Source: Candidatus Bathyarchaeia archaeon
Lineage (GTDB): Archaea > Thermoproteota > Bathyarchaeia > TCS64
Reading direction: 5' to 3'
NCBI GenBank assembly: GCA_050014495.1
Contig: JBEKDF010000001.1
Span: 170,554-234,553, forward strand
DNA length: 64,000 bases
Below, piece after piece: positions 10,018-20,716 of the stretch. The translations under genes were made by a program, and so were the position numbers. The stretch's first letter is position 1, and every line of letters begins with the position of its first letter. The notes beneath the pieces are model-generated. The model was not told the DNA's origin. It saw only the letters and a program-made list of their open reading frames with translations, and made no database searches.

Positions 10018-10332
10018 GTGACTGTTGTGAAGTTCATAGCATTTCTGGAGTGCGCGTCCGAGGATCTGGACGACTTCATTGAGATATGGAAGAGGAGAAC
10101 TCACGCTAAGCATACTGTGAAAACACTTTTCCCACCCCACACGATGGCGAATACACCAAAAGGCTATTCGGGTTTCACAATCTTTGAAACGGATAACTCA
10201 GACGACATTATGCACTACGTTACTGAATATGGGCAGGTTGCAAGCGTGCAGGTCTACCCGATTTGGGAGTCCCAGAAGGGGGCAGAACTATATCAAAAAA
10301 TTAAGTTACCGATGAAGAAGAGTGCTGAATAG
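10018..10332 (+). CDS. Hypothetical protein (DUF3303-like ferredoxin fold)
   Basis: 104 aa with GFTIFETDN and VQVYPI. TATA-like TTTATTAT upstream. Confidence 0.55.
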   Translation: MTVVKFIAFLECASEDLDDFIEIWKRRTHAKHTVKTLFPPHTMANTPKGYSGFTIFETDNSDDIMHYVTEYGQVASVQVYPIWESQKGAELYQKIKLPMKKSAE

Positions 10333-10396
10333 CCTTAAACTCTCAGTTTCACCTGGGTCTCCCCTATGTTGTGGTACGTAACCCATTTTAACACTG

Positions 10397-10612
10397 ATGG
10401 GATCGAATCTCACGGTGAATCGATTGGAGTCAGCCTCAAGCTACCAGATGGGAGCATTCGAAGCACTCGAGTGGGCATGGCACCTCCTTAGAACGCAAAA
10501 AGAGCACTGCGGATCAGTGGATGACGCCTTCAGCACGGTCCAGAGGCTCCTCGCTGAAGTGGGCAAAGGTAGTGAAATCGACTTCCGCGAAGAGATAAGT
10601 CGCCTCAATTAG
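10397..10612 (+). CDS. Small hypothetical protein
   Basis: 71-aa helical ORF (SYQMGAFEALEWAW) with TTTTAA upstream. Confidence 0.5.
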   Translation: MGSNLTVNRLESASSYQMGAFEALEWAWHLLRTQKEHCGSVDDAFSTVQRLLAEVGKGSEIDFREEISRLN

Positions 10613-10658
10613 ACGCCTTTTAAATAATCATTAATTACTATGTCCTAATAATCTAGAC

Positions 10659-10866
10659 CTGGCTCAGAAAGTCTCTCCTGAAGTGTTTAAGGACGCTTAA
10701 GTCGCTGACGGTACAGGAAAACAGCCCGTCAAGGATGCTACCATCCTTATCAAAGATTCCACAATCGAGAAGGTTGAAAAGAGGTGGTTGCCCTATTCAC
10801 GCGAGCAAGAGGACGATATGTCTCGTCATAAAATCGGGAAACGTCGATGTCAACAGGGGCATATAG
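10659..10866 (+). pseudogene. Relic of an amidohydrolase gene (only N- and C-terminal ends remain)
   Basis: One frame reads VFKDA*VADGTGKQPVKDATILIKDSTIEKV (amidohydrolase N-terminal beta-sandwich). Another frame ends RTICLVIKSGNVDVNRGI* (typical C-terminus). Confidence 0.5.
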
Positions 10867-10869
10867 CAA

Positions 10870-11550
10870 ATGGAAATTAGGCGATTAAGCCTCCTCGAGG
10901 GAGCACGAAGGGCTACTGGCACCACTATTATAATTGATGTGTTTCGGGCATTCACAACTGCTGCCTTTGTCATGGCGAATGGCGCTGTTACAATAATACC
11001 AGTCAGCACAGTCGAGGAAGCGTTTGAGCTACGCCGAAACAACCCTGGGTGGATCGTCATGGGAGAGATCCATGGTCATAAGGTCTCTGGCTTTGAATAC
11101 GGCAATAGCCCCGACGAGGTGAGCCGAGTCGACTTCACTGGTAAGACCATCATCCAACGCACGAGCAGTGGAGTTCAAGGAATAATCAACGCTTCCCATG
11201 CTGACGATGTGCTGCTCGGAAGCTTCGTCACTGCTGAAGCTACAGTCAAATACATAAAGAGTAGAAATCCAACTGTCGTCTCACTTGTAGCAATGGGATG
11301 GGAGGGAAATTATGAAGCCATCGAGGATGAGCTCTGTGCTGGATACCTTGAAAACAGGCTCAGAGGAGGTCATCCAGATTTTACGGATATTATGAAAAGG
11401 ATCAGGGCCGATCCGCAAGGTGCCAAGTTCTTCGACACCAAACAAACCATCTTCAGAGAGGGAGATTTTCACTCAGCGATGAGCCTAGACCAGTTCGACT
11501 TCGCTCTCAGGGTCGCCAGGGACGTTCCTATGCACATTGAGAAAATCTGA
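10870..11550 (+). CDS. comB: 2-phosphosulfolactate phosphatase family protein
   Basis: IIDVFRAFTT, GE, GNSP, RTSSG, EDELCA. Confidence 0.85.
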   Translation: MEIRRLSLLEGARRATGTTIIIDVFRAFTTAAFVMANGAVTIIPVSTVEEAFELRRNNPGWIVMGEIHGHKVSGFEYGNSPDEVSRVDFTGKTIIQRTSSGVQGIINASHADDVLLGSFVTAEATVKYIKSRNPTVVSLVAMGWEGNYEAIEDELCAGYLENRLRGGHPDFTDIMKRIRADPQGAKFFDTKQTIFREGDFHSAMSLDQFDFALRVARDVPMHIEKI

Positions 11551-11596
11551 TCGCTAACTTTTACTAATACTCCTACCAACCTCTACTCGAAATCTT

Positions 11597-12019
11597 ATGA
11601 TGGTCTCCGATATTATGACGAAGGAACCCGTCACCATCTCCCCCGCGACTAGGGCTGATGATGTCGCAAATATAATGTATAAGAAGGAAATTAGCAGCGT
11701 TATCCTCGTCACCAACGGGAAACCCGTGGGAATATTAACGGAGCGTGACCTGGTTCACAGAGTCCTAGCCCAGGGGAAGGATCCTAAGAAACTTATGGCA
11801 GCGGACATCTGCACCAATCCGGTCATCGCAGTCTCCGTCCACTGCCAAGTAGAAACAGCAATTGACACAATGAATGAACATAAGATCAGACGCCTAGTAG
11901 TAATCGATGACATGAATCACGTTGCCGGCATCGTGACCACTGACGACATCGGCTTCATCTTGAAAAGCATGAGCGAGGATCTCGCCATGAAGTACCTAAA
12001 CCTCACAAAGAGGAAGTAA
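11597..12019 (+). CDS. CBS-domain pair protein
   Basis: VSDIMT, GILTERD, IRRLVV, GIVTTDD. Confidence 0.9.
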   Translation: MMVSDIMTKEPVTISPATRADDVANIMYKKEISSVILVTNGKPVGILTERDLVHRVLAQGKDPKKLMAADICTNPVIAVSVHCQVETAIDTMNEHKIRRLVVIDDMNHVAGIVTTDDIGFILKSMSEDLAMKYLNLTKRK

Positions 12020-12095
12020 TTCTCAAAGCGTGGATCTTTTCTCCATTCAAGTTTTAAGCTGACCGACCACTTGTCTCTGTAAGGGGGTCCGGTGT

Positions 12096-13175
12096 ATGAA
12101 GATCGACCCTTTCAGGCTGGAGCGGTGGCTACTCGAAAAGGCTGATATCGACCTCGGTGGGGGCGGGGTGGCGAAGCTCCAGCTAAGGGATGTTATGCCC
12201 CAGATGTCGGGGGAAACCATGTTGAAGTATGGTCGTACATGTGGTTCCGACGCCCTCAGGAGCCATGTTGCAGAATGGTATGGGGTCGAGATTGAGAACG
12301 TTCTCATCACCTCCGGAACGAGCGAGGCGAATCTGATAGTCAATCTCGCTCTTCTCGACCAGGGGGACGAGTACTTCACCGAGGTACCCCAGTATGAACA
12401 GACCACCGGTTTCGCCAGGATGCTTGGGGCGAAAGTGAAGCCCTTTCATCTCATCGAGGAGAAGGGATGGGCGCCAGATCTAGAGGAACTAAAGGAGAGA
12501 ATTAACCGTCGAACTAAACTACTCTTTTTAGACAACCCGAACAACCCAACCGGGGCGGTTATGACCCAAGAAGAGATGCAGGCCCTATGCGAGATAGCCG
12601 AAAGGGTGGGCGCCTATGTACACTGCGACAACGCACTCCGAGGATCCGAGATAGATGGGAAACCCGCCGCGACACCGGAGTTCTACGAGAGAGGAGTAGT
12701 CACGGGGAGCATCAGCAAGCTAGGCGCTACGAGCCCCCGCATAGGGTGGATAGTAGCCAACAATGAGATTATTGATCGCTGCTGGACGATGAAAGACTAC
12801 ACAACTCTCAGTCACTGCGGCATAGGAGAGCAGATCGCCGAGAAACTTGTGTCGAACCGCGCGAGATATCTGAAGAGGAACCAGTCGATTAAAGAGGCTA
12901 ACACCAAGACGTGGGCGACTTGGAAGGAATCTAACTCCGACCTCGTCACATGCGTGGAGCCAAAAGGGGGATTCACAGTCTTTCCCCGTTACAAGAACCG
13001 CCTCGGTTCAACAAAGTTCACGGAGAGGCTCCTCAAGGAAGAAGGCGTCATGGTGAGCCCCGGAGACCAGTTTGGCGTAGAAAGGCACTTGAGGATCAAC
13101 ATAGGGACGAAGGGAGATACCTTAAGCAACGGTCTCGAACGCATCGGGAGATTCATGCATAGAATATTGAAATAG
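12096..13175 (+). CDS. PLP-dependent aminotransferase class I/II
   Basis: NPNNPTG, GSISK, RIGW, SPG..FG. Confidence 0.88.
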   Translation: MKIDPFRLERWLLEKADIDLGGGGVAKLQLRDVMPQMSGETMLKYGRTCGSDALRSHVAEWYGVEIENVLITSGTSEANLIVNLALLDQGDEYFTEVPQYEQTTGFARMLGAKVKPFHLIEEKGWAPDLEELKERINRRTKLLFLDNPNNPTGAVMTQEEMQALCEIAERVGAYVHCDNALRGSEIDGKPAATPEFYERGVVTGSISKLGATSPRIGWIVANNEIIDRCWTMKDYTTLSHCGIGEQIAEKLVSNRARYLKRNQSIKEANTKTWATWKESNSDLVTCVEPKGGFTVFPRYKNRLGSTKFTERLLKEEGVMVSPGDQFGVERHLRINIGTKGDTLSNGLERIGRFMHRILK

Positions 13176-13264
13176 CCTCGTATACACCATAAAGGGTGCC
13201 GATTCAAAATATTATCTGTGATGAGGTCTATATCCTCGGTGATCCAGTAATTCACCAGATCCAG

Positions 13265-13975
13265 ATGAAGATCGGCATACTAGGTGGTACTGGCAACATG
13301 GGTGGTGGCTTAGCACTCCGTCTCTCCCTAAAGCATGACATTATAGTAGGCTCAAGGAGCATCGAAAAGGCAACCCAGACAGCCAAGGAGCTGGATGCGA
13401 AGGCTGTTAACTTCTACAAATCCGCTATGAAGGGGAGTATATCTGGGACCATCAATGAGGAGGCCATCGAGGGGATGGATATTATTGTCGAGACGCTTCC
13501 AGCATCGGTTGCTATCACTACTCTCGCCACTCTCAAGGATAAATTCACCCCCAGGCAGATAGTCGTCTCCTGCGTCGTCCCAATGAAGAGGCATGGTAAG
13601 CTCTACATGTGGTCCCCCGTCATCGCTGGCGGTTGCGACCAATCGCGATCGGCAGCGGAGCTGATCCAGGAAGCTGTAGCACCCGTAAAGGTGGTCTCCG
13701 CTTTTCAGACAGTACCAGCGCAGTATCTGAACGACATAAACGGTATTCTGGACCTTGATGTCTTCGTGGCGGGGGATGACGAAGCCGCGGTGGAAACAGT
13801 GATGTGGCTCGCAAGGGATATCCCCGGCCTGAGACCGCTGAGGGTCGGTCCTTTGGAGAACTCTAAATGGGTTGAGTCACTAACACCACTCTTACTAAAT
13901 GCTGCTATCCTTAATGGGCTACACGATCCATCCATTCGAATCGTGCCCTGGGTCCCAAGCGAATTTGAGACTTAA
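13265..13975 (+). CDS. npdG: NADPH-dependent F420 reductase
   Basis: MKIGILGGTGNMG, GSR, SAAE, VVSAFQTV, VESLTPLL. Confidence 0.85.
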   Translation: MKIGILGGTGNMGGGLALRLSLKHDIIVGSRSIEKATQTAKELDAKAVNFYKSAMKGSISGTINEEAIEGMDIIVETLPASVAITTLATLKDKFTPRQIVVSCVVPMKRHGKLYMWSPVIAGGCDQSRSAAELIQEAVAPVKVVSAFQTVPAQYLNDINGILDLDVFVAGDDEAAVETVMWLARDIPGLRPLRVGPLENSKWVESLTPLLLNAAILNGLHDPSIRIVPWVPSEFET

Positions 13976-14013
13976 ATGCTTTAAAAACAATGCTAAGAGG
14001 CAAGGAAATAAAT

Positions 14014-14100
14014 TGGCGCCGGGAGAGGGATTCGAACCCTCGAGTCCGTACGGACACCAGCTTTCCAGGCTGGCTCCCTACCGAGCTAGGAGACCCCGGC
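14014..14100 (-). tRNA. tRNA-Ser (GGA), intronless, CCA encoded
   Basis: GCCGGGG acceptor stem, CCAGC-CTGGAAA-GCTGG anticodon arm, long variable arm GTCCGTACGGAC, GGTTCGAATCC T-arm, ends GCCA. Confidence 0.96.
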
Positions 14101-14188
14101 TCCACCAAATACCCAAGGGGTCACCAATTTAAACTCTATCGGCAAGACCGGAGACGTTTTTAGGGGCGACTGTGGAGGCTTCTACGCA

Positions 14189-14533
14189 ATGGAAGCTCTC
14201 AATGTCAACTGGGTGGAGCGCAGCGAGAAGACCCTAGAGGAGCTTAAAAAGCTCAAGGAGAAGAAGGAGCAGGACCGTCTCGACAGAGTCCGCGCAATGC
14301 GCTTCGCCTTCATGGCCCTCGGTCAGAGTCTTGCCGGTTGGATGCAGTGGGTAAATAGCCCCGAAGTTATGAGCAACTTCACCAAGGAAGAACTGGAAGA
14401 AATGAGTCAGACTGTTATTGGTATGGTTGAGAAGTTTATGGAGTATGACATCGATATAACGAATGAGGGCATGCAGAAGGGCGTCGCAAAACAACGCGAG
14501 CAAGAGGATCAGGGAAACCACTTTGTAATCTAG
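14189..14533 (+). CDS. DUF2153 family protein
   Basis: DRLD, SLAGWMQWV..PEVM..F..EEL, EYDI..T pattern. Confidence 0.8.
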   Translation: MEALNVNWVERSEKTLEELKKLKEKKEQDRLDRVRAMRFAFMALGQSLAGWMQWVNSPEVMSNFTKEELEEMSQTVIGMVEKFMEYDIDITNEGMQKGVAKQREQEDQGNHFVI

Positions 14534-14928
14534 CCGAGCCTCTGCCCGGCACCCTGCCCACCACTCCCCTGGAAAACCTCCTCAACAGAGCAAATAACAG
14601 CCGCCTTCCCGGGGAACTGGCGTGTTCCGCTAGTCGCCATCTTCCTGATCTGCTCGTACCTAGGGCCAGACGTCTCCCAGTGGACGCGACATTTTATCTG
14701 GTAGCTTTTCCCATCAGCCCAACCATTGAATGCGACGACGGGATTCTCTTCTAAGTTCGCCTTAGTCTTATTCAAATAATTGTCAGAGACAACGAGTGTC
14801 TCGTCATCGGTCCAATACCACATGCCGACGAGTATTACGTTTGGACGTCCCGTCTTATCCGCAGTAGCCATAGGGATAACCCGCTGTTTTTCGAAGACCG
14901 CCATTATCTCGGGCGAAACCTTTGCCAT
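14530..14928 (-). CDS. Pyridoxamine 5'-phosphate oxidase-like flavin-binding protein
   Basis: MATADKTGRPN, KTKANLEENP, SYQIK. Confidence 0.85.
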   Translation of the reverse strand: MAKVSPEIMAVFEKQRVIPMATADKTGRPNVILVGMWYWTDDETLVVSDNYLNKTKANLEENPVVAFNGWADGKSYQIKCRVHWETSGPRYEQIRKMATSGTRQFPGKAAVICSVEEVFQGSGGQGAGQRLG

Positions 14929-15097
14929 ATTGATTCGAGGGTAATAGATCCTCTGCATTGATAAAAGTTGAGAATAAGTCGCGTACGCTAATTGAGGACT
15001 GCTTCCACTTAATCTTAGGTAAAAACGAAATCAGATTGTAGGTTGTGGCATGAATAACTAGCTATAGTAAGAAAAAGGCATAATGATTTTTTAGATT

Positions 15098-15113
15098 GGA
15101 GCCATTTGGCTCC
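15098..15113 (-). terminator. Hairpin downstream of the thermosome operon
   Basis: GGAGCCA-TT-TGGCTCC perfect 7-bp inverted repeat 17 nt past the stop, with T runs nearby on the minus strand. Confidence 0.45.
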
Positions 15114-15130
15114 GGTTAAAAAGGCTGTTT

Positions 15131-16774
15131 TTACTCTTCGTCTCCGCCGGGGGGCATCCCGCCCTTTCCGCCGGGGCCGCCTGGACCACCGCCGCTCTTC
15201 GCAGCGACGACGTCGTCGATCCTCAGGATCATGCTTGCAACCTCGATGCTACTCTTTATCGCCTGCTGCTTCACGACCATGGGTTCGATGACGCCTTCCT
15301 TGAGCATATCGATGACGCCGCCTTCGAAGACGTTGACTCCCATCTTGAGGCCGTTCTTCTTCTCGTGGGCAGCCTTCATCGCGACCATTGTGTCGAGGAG
15401 GTCGAGGCCCGCGTTCTCTGCGAGGGTCCTCGGGATTACCTCGAGTGCGTCGGAGAATGCCTCAATGGCGAGTTGCTCCCGCCCACCTACCTGACGAGCG
15501 TAGGCGCGAACCTCTTTCGAGAGCTCCATCTCGATGGCTCCGCCGCCGGGTACCATCTTAGGCACCTTGGCAACGTCGCTTACTACATAGAGCGCATCGT
15601 TTAGGCTCCTCTCCGCTTCGTCGATCATCCTTTCCAAGCCTGCGCGGACGAAGATGGCGACGCTCGCTGGGTTCTTGCATTCCTCTACGAAGATCATCTT
15701 GTCGTTACCGACTTTTCTCTCCTCGACGAGTCCGCAAGTCCCGAGGTCAGCCTTCTTCAGGTCCTTGAGGTTGTTGACGATCTTAGCGCCTGTCGCCTTT
15801 GCGAGCTTCTCCATGTCGCTCTCCTTGAGGCGGCGAGCCGCCATTATCCCCGCCTTTGCGAGGAAGTGCTGGGCGACGTCGTCGATGCCTTTTTGGCAGA
15901 GCAATACATTTGCGCCGGAGGCTGCGACCTGGTCGACCATCTTCTTCAGCATCTCGGTCTCCTGGTCTAGGAAGGCCTTGACGCCCTCGGGGGTCTTGAT
16001 GCGGATCTCGGCGTCGATCTCGGTCTTCTCGATCTCAATCGCGACGTTGAGGAGGGCGATCTTTGCGTTCTTGAGCTTCTTTGGCATCCCGTCGTGGACG
16101 ACTTCCTTGTCGACGATTATGCCCTTGACGAGCTCAGTTTCCTTGAGGCTCTTACCTTCCTTCTTCACGATCTGGACGTTGTCGACGTCGGCGATTACCT
16201 CGTTGCCGCGCTTCTCTATGATCTGCTTGATTGCGTCGACTACTACGCCGGCTAGGTGCTCTCTGTCACTGCTGACCGCCTTGCTTCTCATAGATGTACT
16301 GGCGAGCTTGATTAGTGTCTCCCTGTCATTCATGTCGACTGGCAGTGCGACCTGGGTCAGTACTTCGAGTGCTTTATCGGCAGCCTTTTGGTATCCGCTG
16401 ATGACGATGCTTGGATGGATCTCCTGTTCTAGGAGCTCATCCGCTTTCTTCAGCAACTCGCCCGCGAAAATGACTGCAGTGGTTGTGCCGTCTCCAACCT
16501 CCTTGTCCTGGGTCTTTGCGACCTCGATTATCATCTTGGCTGCAGGATGCTGTACGTCGATCTCCTCGAGTACCTTGGCGCCGTCGCTTGTGATGGTGAT
16601 GTCGCCGAGGCTGTCTACGAGCATTTTATCCATGCCGCGGGGGCCGAGTGTCGTCTTAAGGACCTCTGCTACTATCTGGCCCGCCATCATGTTGCTGCGG
16701 CGCGCGTCTCGGCCGCGGCTCCTCTTTGTATCCTCCTTGAGTACTATTACTGGCTGGTTTCCTTGGTATGTCAT
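15131..16774 (-). CDS. thsB: Thermosome (group II chaperonin) subunit
   Basis: [22 protein letters not shown], Gly-rich tail. Confidence 0.93.
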   Translation of the reverse strand: MTYQGNQPVIVLKEDTKRSRGRDARRSNMMAGQIVAEVLKTTLGPRGMDKMLVDSLGDITITSDGAKVLEEIDVQHPAAKMIIEVAKTQDKEVGDGTTTAVIFAGELLKKADELLEQEIHPSIVISGYQKAADKALEVLTQVALPVDMNDRETLIKLASTSMRSKAVSSDREHLAGVVVDAIKQIIEKRGNEVIADVDNVQIVKKEGKSLKETELVKGIIVDKEVVHDGMPKKLKNAKIALLNVAIEIEKTEIDAEIRIKTPEGVKAFLDQETEMLKKMVDQVAASGANVLLCQKGIDDVAQHFLAKAGIMAARRLKESDMEKLAKATGAKIVNNLKDLKKADLGTCGLVEERKVGNDKMIFVEECKNPASVAIFVRAGLERMIDEAERSLNDALYVVSDVAKVPKMVPGGGAIEMELSKEVRAYARQVGGREQLAIEAFSDALEVIPRTLAENAGLDLLDTMVAMKAAHEKKNGLKMGVNVFEGGVIDMLKEGVIEPMVVKQQAIKSSIEVASMILRIDDVVAAKSGGGPGGPGGKGGMPPGGDEE

Positions 16775-16784
16775 CGTATTTCAC

Positions 16785-18455
16785 CTACATCATAGGGGGC
16801 ATGCCGCCCATGCCACCCATTCCACCCATGCCGCCGCCCATGCCTCCTTCGGCTCCTGGTGGCGGACCCTTACTCTTCGTCGATGCGATCACGTCATCGA
16901 TCTTGATGAGCATCGTCGCGACCTCTGTAGCGGACTTTATAGCCTGTGCCTTGACGACCATCGGCTCGAGGATCTCGAGCTTCTCCATGTCTACTATCTT
17001 GCTCTCTAGTGCCTCGACTCCTGCCCACTTCTCGCCTTTTGCGTGACGGCTCTGGAGCTCAGCCATGGCGTCGATGGGGTCCATTCCTGCGTTCTCTGCT
17101 AGTGTCGTCGGAAGTACCTCGATTGCGTCGGCGAATGCAGATATGGCGAGTCTTTCCCTGCCCTTGAGCTTCTCAGCGTAAGTGCGGAGTTTCCTCGCGA
17201 TCTCGATGTCGACAGCGCCTCCACCTGCAACGATTTTGGGCTCCTCGACAACGTCCTTGACGACGCAGAGGGCATCGTGGATGCTCCTCTCGGCCTCGTC
17301 GACGATTCTCTCGGTGCCGCCGCGGATCAGTATGCTTACAGCCTTGGGGTTCTTGCAGCCCTCGACGAAGATTAGCTTGTCAGAGCCGATCTTCCTCTCC
17401 TCTACGGAGTCGGCGTAGCCGGCGTCCGTTGCTGAGAGTTCGTCGACGCTACTGACAACCTTAGCGCCCGTCGCCTTGGCGAGAGCCTCCATGTCACTCT
17501 TCTTGAGCCTGCGAGCGGCCATGATACCCTCACGGGCTAAGAAGTGTTGCACCATGTCATCGATCCCCTTCTGGCAGAATAGGACACTAATGTTAGCGCC
17601 CTTCACCTTCGCGACCATGTCCCGCAGCATCTTCTCCTCCTCATCTAGGTAGGCCTGCATCTCATCAGGGGACTCGATGCTTATCTTGCTGGTGAACTCG
17701 GTTTTCTCGATCTCCATAGCGGCGTCGAGTAAGCCGATCTTCGCCTTCTTGACGAGCTTCGGCATGTCGCTGTGGACGACCTCCTTGTCGATGACGAGCC
17801 CCTTGATGAGGGCGGTGTCCGTCATGGAGCCGCCGGGTTTCTTCTCCACCTTGACCATGTCGAGGTCGACTTTCCATTTACCGTTCGCCTCCTCAGCAAC
17901 CTGGAGGATAGCGTCAACCGCTACCTCGGAGAGGTAACCACTGTGACTGCCAACGAGCTTAGTCGACATCGTTGTCTTCGCGACGCGCTTCAATGTATCC
18001 TTATCCCTCGGCTTAACAGTGATGGCGATGTCGCTTAGTATCCTCAGAGCCTCCTCCTGGGCAACTCTGTAGCCGTCGATAATTACAGTTGGGTGGACCT
18101 TCTTCTCCATAAGGTCCGACGCTTTACCGAGCAGCTCGCCGGCGAGGACAACGACAGTCGTAGTACCGTCACCGACCTCGGTGTCCTGGGTTTTACTGAC
18201 CTCCACCATCATCTTAGCCGCGGGATGCTGGATATCCATCTCCTTAAGCATCGTCGCGCCGTCGTTGGTGATTGTTACATCGCCGAAGCTGTCGACGAGC
18301 ATCTTATCCATTCCCTTTGGGCCAAGGCTTGTCTTAACGGCCTCGGCTACGATCCTCGCGGCCATGATGTTGTTGCCGCGAGCGTCATTACCCGTGTTCC
18401 TCTCAGTTCCTTCCTTGAGGATGTAGATGGGCTGATTACTATTTTGTGCACTCAT
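16785..18455 (-). CDS. thsA: Thermosome (group II chaperonin) subunit
   Basis: [24 protein letters not shown]-repeat tail. Confidence 0.93.
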   Translation of the reverse strand: MSAQNSNQPIYILKEGTERNTGNDARGNNIMAARIVAEAVKTSLGPKGMDKMLVDSFGDVTITNDGATMLKEMDIQHPAAKMMVEVSKTQDTEVGDGTTTVVVLAGELLGKASDLMEKKVHPTVIIDGYRVAQEEALRILSDIAITVKPRDKDTLKRVAKTTMSTKLVGSHSGYLSEVAVDAILQVAEEANGKWKVDLDMVKVEKKPGGSMTDTALIKGLVIDKEVVHSDMPKLVKKAKIGLLDAAMEIEKTEFTSKISIESPDEMQAYLDEEEKMLRDMVAKVKGANISVLFCQKGIDDMVQHFLAREGIMAARRLKKSDMEALAKATGAKVVSSVDELSATDAGYADSVEERKIGSDKLIFVEGCKNPKAVSILIRGGTERIVDEAERSIHDALCVVKDVVEEPKIVAGGGAVDIEIARKLRTYAEKLKGRERLAISAFADAIEVLPTTLAENAGMDPIDAMAELQSRHAKGEKWAGVEALESKIVDMEKLEILEPMVVKAQAIKSATEVATMLIKIDDVIASTKSKGPPPGAEGGMGGGMGGMGGMGGMPPMM

Positions 18456-18555
18456 TCAATCATCTCTTTAATATAAATGGCTACACCGGTAATTCGACCA
18501 TCCTTTGAGATGGAGCTTATTGTTGATTCGATATACGCCAACGGTGTACCACTTC

Positions 18556-18568
18556 TGGTTGTAAACCA
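18556..18568. promoter_or_regulatory. Palindromic operator candidate in the thermosome promoter
   Basis: TGGTT-GTA-AACCA, lying just downstream of a minus-strand TTTATTATA box (18585-18593). Confidence 0.55.
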
Positions 18569-18618
18569 ACAGTGTATATCGGCTATAATAAAAAAACCTT
18601 TTGGTAGTTTAGAATATG

Positions 18619-19332
18619 TCACGTGTTCAGACTTATAAAATTCTCGTTTCTTGAGGCGAGGCCTTCCTTTACGAGATCTGACACTATATCCCGCACATCG
18701 GCTTCGTTTAACTGGAGGGTTTTGCTGAGGTCTTCTATGCTCGTGGGGCCGATATCAACGAGATGCTGTATTATTTGCTTCTTTTTTCGGTCGAGTTCTT
18801 CTAAGGCTCCTTGTGTGGCTCCAAGTGCTAAGTTGCGTATGTAGAGTAGTCTGGCCCGTCTCTTCTCGAGGCTCTCGAGCTCCTCGTCTATTATCTCGAT
18901 TATTTGGCGGAGCGGTGGCACATCATCGACATTGAGCTCTTCATCGTCTATGTCCTTCACCTGATCCTCAAGTCTCTCCATGTAGTTATCCTCCTGGATC
19001 CACTGGTGGGGGTTGTTGAAGCTGATTAGTCTCTCGTTGTAGAGGCTTGGGCTGAAGTCTATTTGGAGGCTGTAGAACTTGTTTAGGTGGAAGACGTTCT
19101 TGTCAGCTCCAAAGGTGCTCTTCTGTCGAACCACGTCAACGAGCTCTGCGTCTTGGATTACCTTTAGGTGTTTTGCGGCTAGTTGTTGGTTGATATTGAG
19201 TTCGTTGCTCAATCGGAGGGTGTAGTCGGGTCCTTCGCTTAGCTTCTTTATTATGTGTCGTCGAACCGGGTTCCCAAGTACACCTACTACCTTCTCGAAG
19301 TTCTTCCTCTGGGCCCGTTTCTTATTCGACAC
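18619..19332 (-). CDS. ArsR-family HTH regulator, archaeal heat-shock regulator-like
   Basis: LGNPVRRHII, QQLAAKHLKVI..AELV HTH, coiled coil, second C-terminal HTH. Directly upstream of the thermosome genes. Confidence 0.8.
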   Translation of the reverse strand: MSNKKRAQRKNFEKVVGVLGNPVRRHIIKKLSEGPDYTLRLSNELNINQQLAAKHLKVIQDAELVDVVRQKSTFGADKNVFHLNKFYSLQIDFSPSLYNERLISFNNPHQWIQEDNYMERLEDQVKDIDDEELNVDDVPPLRQIIEIIDEELESLEKRRARLLYIRNLALGATQGALEELDRKKKQIIQHLVDIGPTSIEDLSKTLQLNEADVRDIVSDLVKEGLASRNENFISLNT

Positions 19333-19333
19333 T

Positions 19334-19358
19334 GGATGTAAACCGAAAGTTGTAAACT
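19334..19358. promoter_or_regulatory. Tandem operator candidates upstream of the ArsR regulator
   Basis: GGATGTAAACC (19334-19344) and AGTTGTAAACT (19348-19358), between a TATA-like box and the GTG start. Confidence 0.55.
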
Positions 19359-19588
19359 AGTCAGGGGCACTTAAATATTGCGTCAGTGCTTCGAAAACAT
19401 TTTTTTTTCACATCATATATGAGGCAAAATGTTTCGTATTTACTGTTGGCATAATACTGTATGCGCGCGCAAAAATGACAAGCACACGAATTGGCATCTT
19501 TCATTGAATGGAATCTTACAGAGGTTGAGCATATATTCACTTATATGTGGATATTTGAAGACGAAATAGAGAGTGAGCTCTAAACTCT

Positions 19589-20449
19589 TTAGCCGAATAT
19601 CGACTTCCAACGGTAGGTCATGCACCCACAATCTTCAGAGTCTGGATCAGTCTCCGCAACTGTATCAAGGAGAGCCTTACCGGTTGGCCTCGCCCACATT
19701 GCCTGGAAGTCGCTGAAGGCCATCTTCCCCTCCCAGGTTGTGTTGACGCAGCCCTCACCATAGTTGGAGACAACCTCAACACAAGCGTAGCAGGCCCCGA
19801 TCTCGCGAGCGAAATAGATTTCTGGCACTAAATTCATTGTAACTACGTCTATCCCCGCATTTGTATATCTAATTCTCACTTCATCGGGGGATTCAAGATG
19901 GGGTCCCTCAGCGACACCGACGACCCCCCTCTGAAAGACTCGTGGGAACCCTGCTTTTTTCACATTCATGTAGAGGCTCCGACTCAGTTCAGGGCAGAAG
20001 GCCTGGTGGAGACGGTAGCTCGTCCTCTCTACTTCGACGCCTTTCGCCTCGAGGCTCCTAAAGAAAGCTTGGCACCGCTTCGTTGTATAATCCACAAAGC
20101 CATTTGGGATGACCGCATCGGCTGGATCGAGAAGCCTGCTTGATGATCCGCATAGTGCGGTCCCGAGGATCTTCCTAGCACCCGCCATCCAGAGCACGTA
20201 GAAGACGCGTTCACCAGCGCTGTTTGGTTCGGTGTTTCTGATGGAATTGGTTATGCCGTGGAATTGGACGCTTAGAAACTCGTGCTCGTTGATCTTTGCG
20301 TGTGTGAAGGGGGCTGATGGTCCGAAGGGCGTATCATAGACAACGTCTTTCGAGATGACCTGAACGCCCTTAAAGTCCTCAGGGAACTTGGAGTTCATGT
20401 TAGCTGAACCTCCGATGATGGCTATGCTGGCTTTAGGAATCTCGCTCAT
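19589..20449 (-). CDS. MTAP/PNP-family nucleoside phosphorylase (divergent)
   Basis: IAIIGGS, DTPFGPS, DYT.KR, FCPEL, EGP, PE..FAREIG.CY. Confidence 0.8.
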   Translation of the reverse strand: MSEIPKASIAIIGGSANMNSKFPEDFKGVQVISKDVVYDTPFGPSAPFTHAKINEHEFLSVQFHGITNSIRNTEPNSAGERVFYVLWMAGARKILGTALCGSSSRLLDPADAVIPNGFVDYTTKRCQAFFRSLEAKGVEVERTSYRLHQAFCPELSRSLYMNVKKAGFPRVFQRGVVGVAEGPHLESPDEVRIRYTNAGIDVVTMNLVPEIYFAREIGACYACVEVVSNYGEGCVNTTWEGKMAFSDFQAMWARPTGKALLDTVAETDPDSEDCGCMTYRWKSIFG

Positions 20450-20716
20450 GAATCCTAATTCAGTAAGAGTGTGATTAAAGAGTTGCCCGCGCGTAGGAAA
20501 CACAATTTATTATTATTCCCATAGGAATATAATCCGGAATGGTTAAAAGGGAGACTCTTTAGCACCTAATCTTCCTAAAATCCTCAAACTTACCAATTTT
20601 TGGCTATCGTTAATACTAGTAAATGCTTCGAGGACATGTTATTATCAGTCCTTGATAGTAATTATAGGGACAAGTATTATATATTAGGTGCGATGTGATG
20701 CCATATTCTATGGGTC

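Noticed and set aside
10706..10748. Two adjacent hairpins (TGACGG/CCGTCA and AAGGATG/CATCCTT) as ncRNA
   Set aside because: The region is better explained as amidohydrolase coding remnant, and the stems are short
14014..14100. tRNA-Ser as integration site
   Set aside because: No integrase and no duplicated tRNA 3' end found in the window
16790..16865. Repetitive GC-rich sequence at the thsA 3' end
   Set aside because: Ordinary GGM tail of chaperonins
15654..17009. 451-aa plus-strand ORF
   Set aside because: Antisense shadow of the highly codon-biased thermosome genes; Ser/Thr-rich with no motifs
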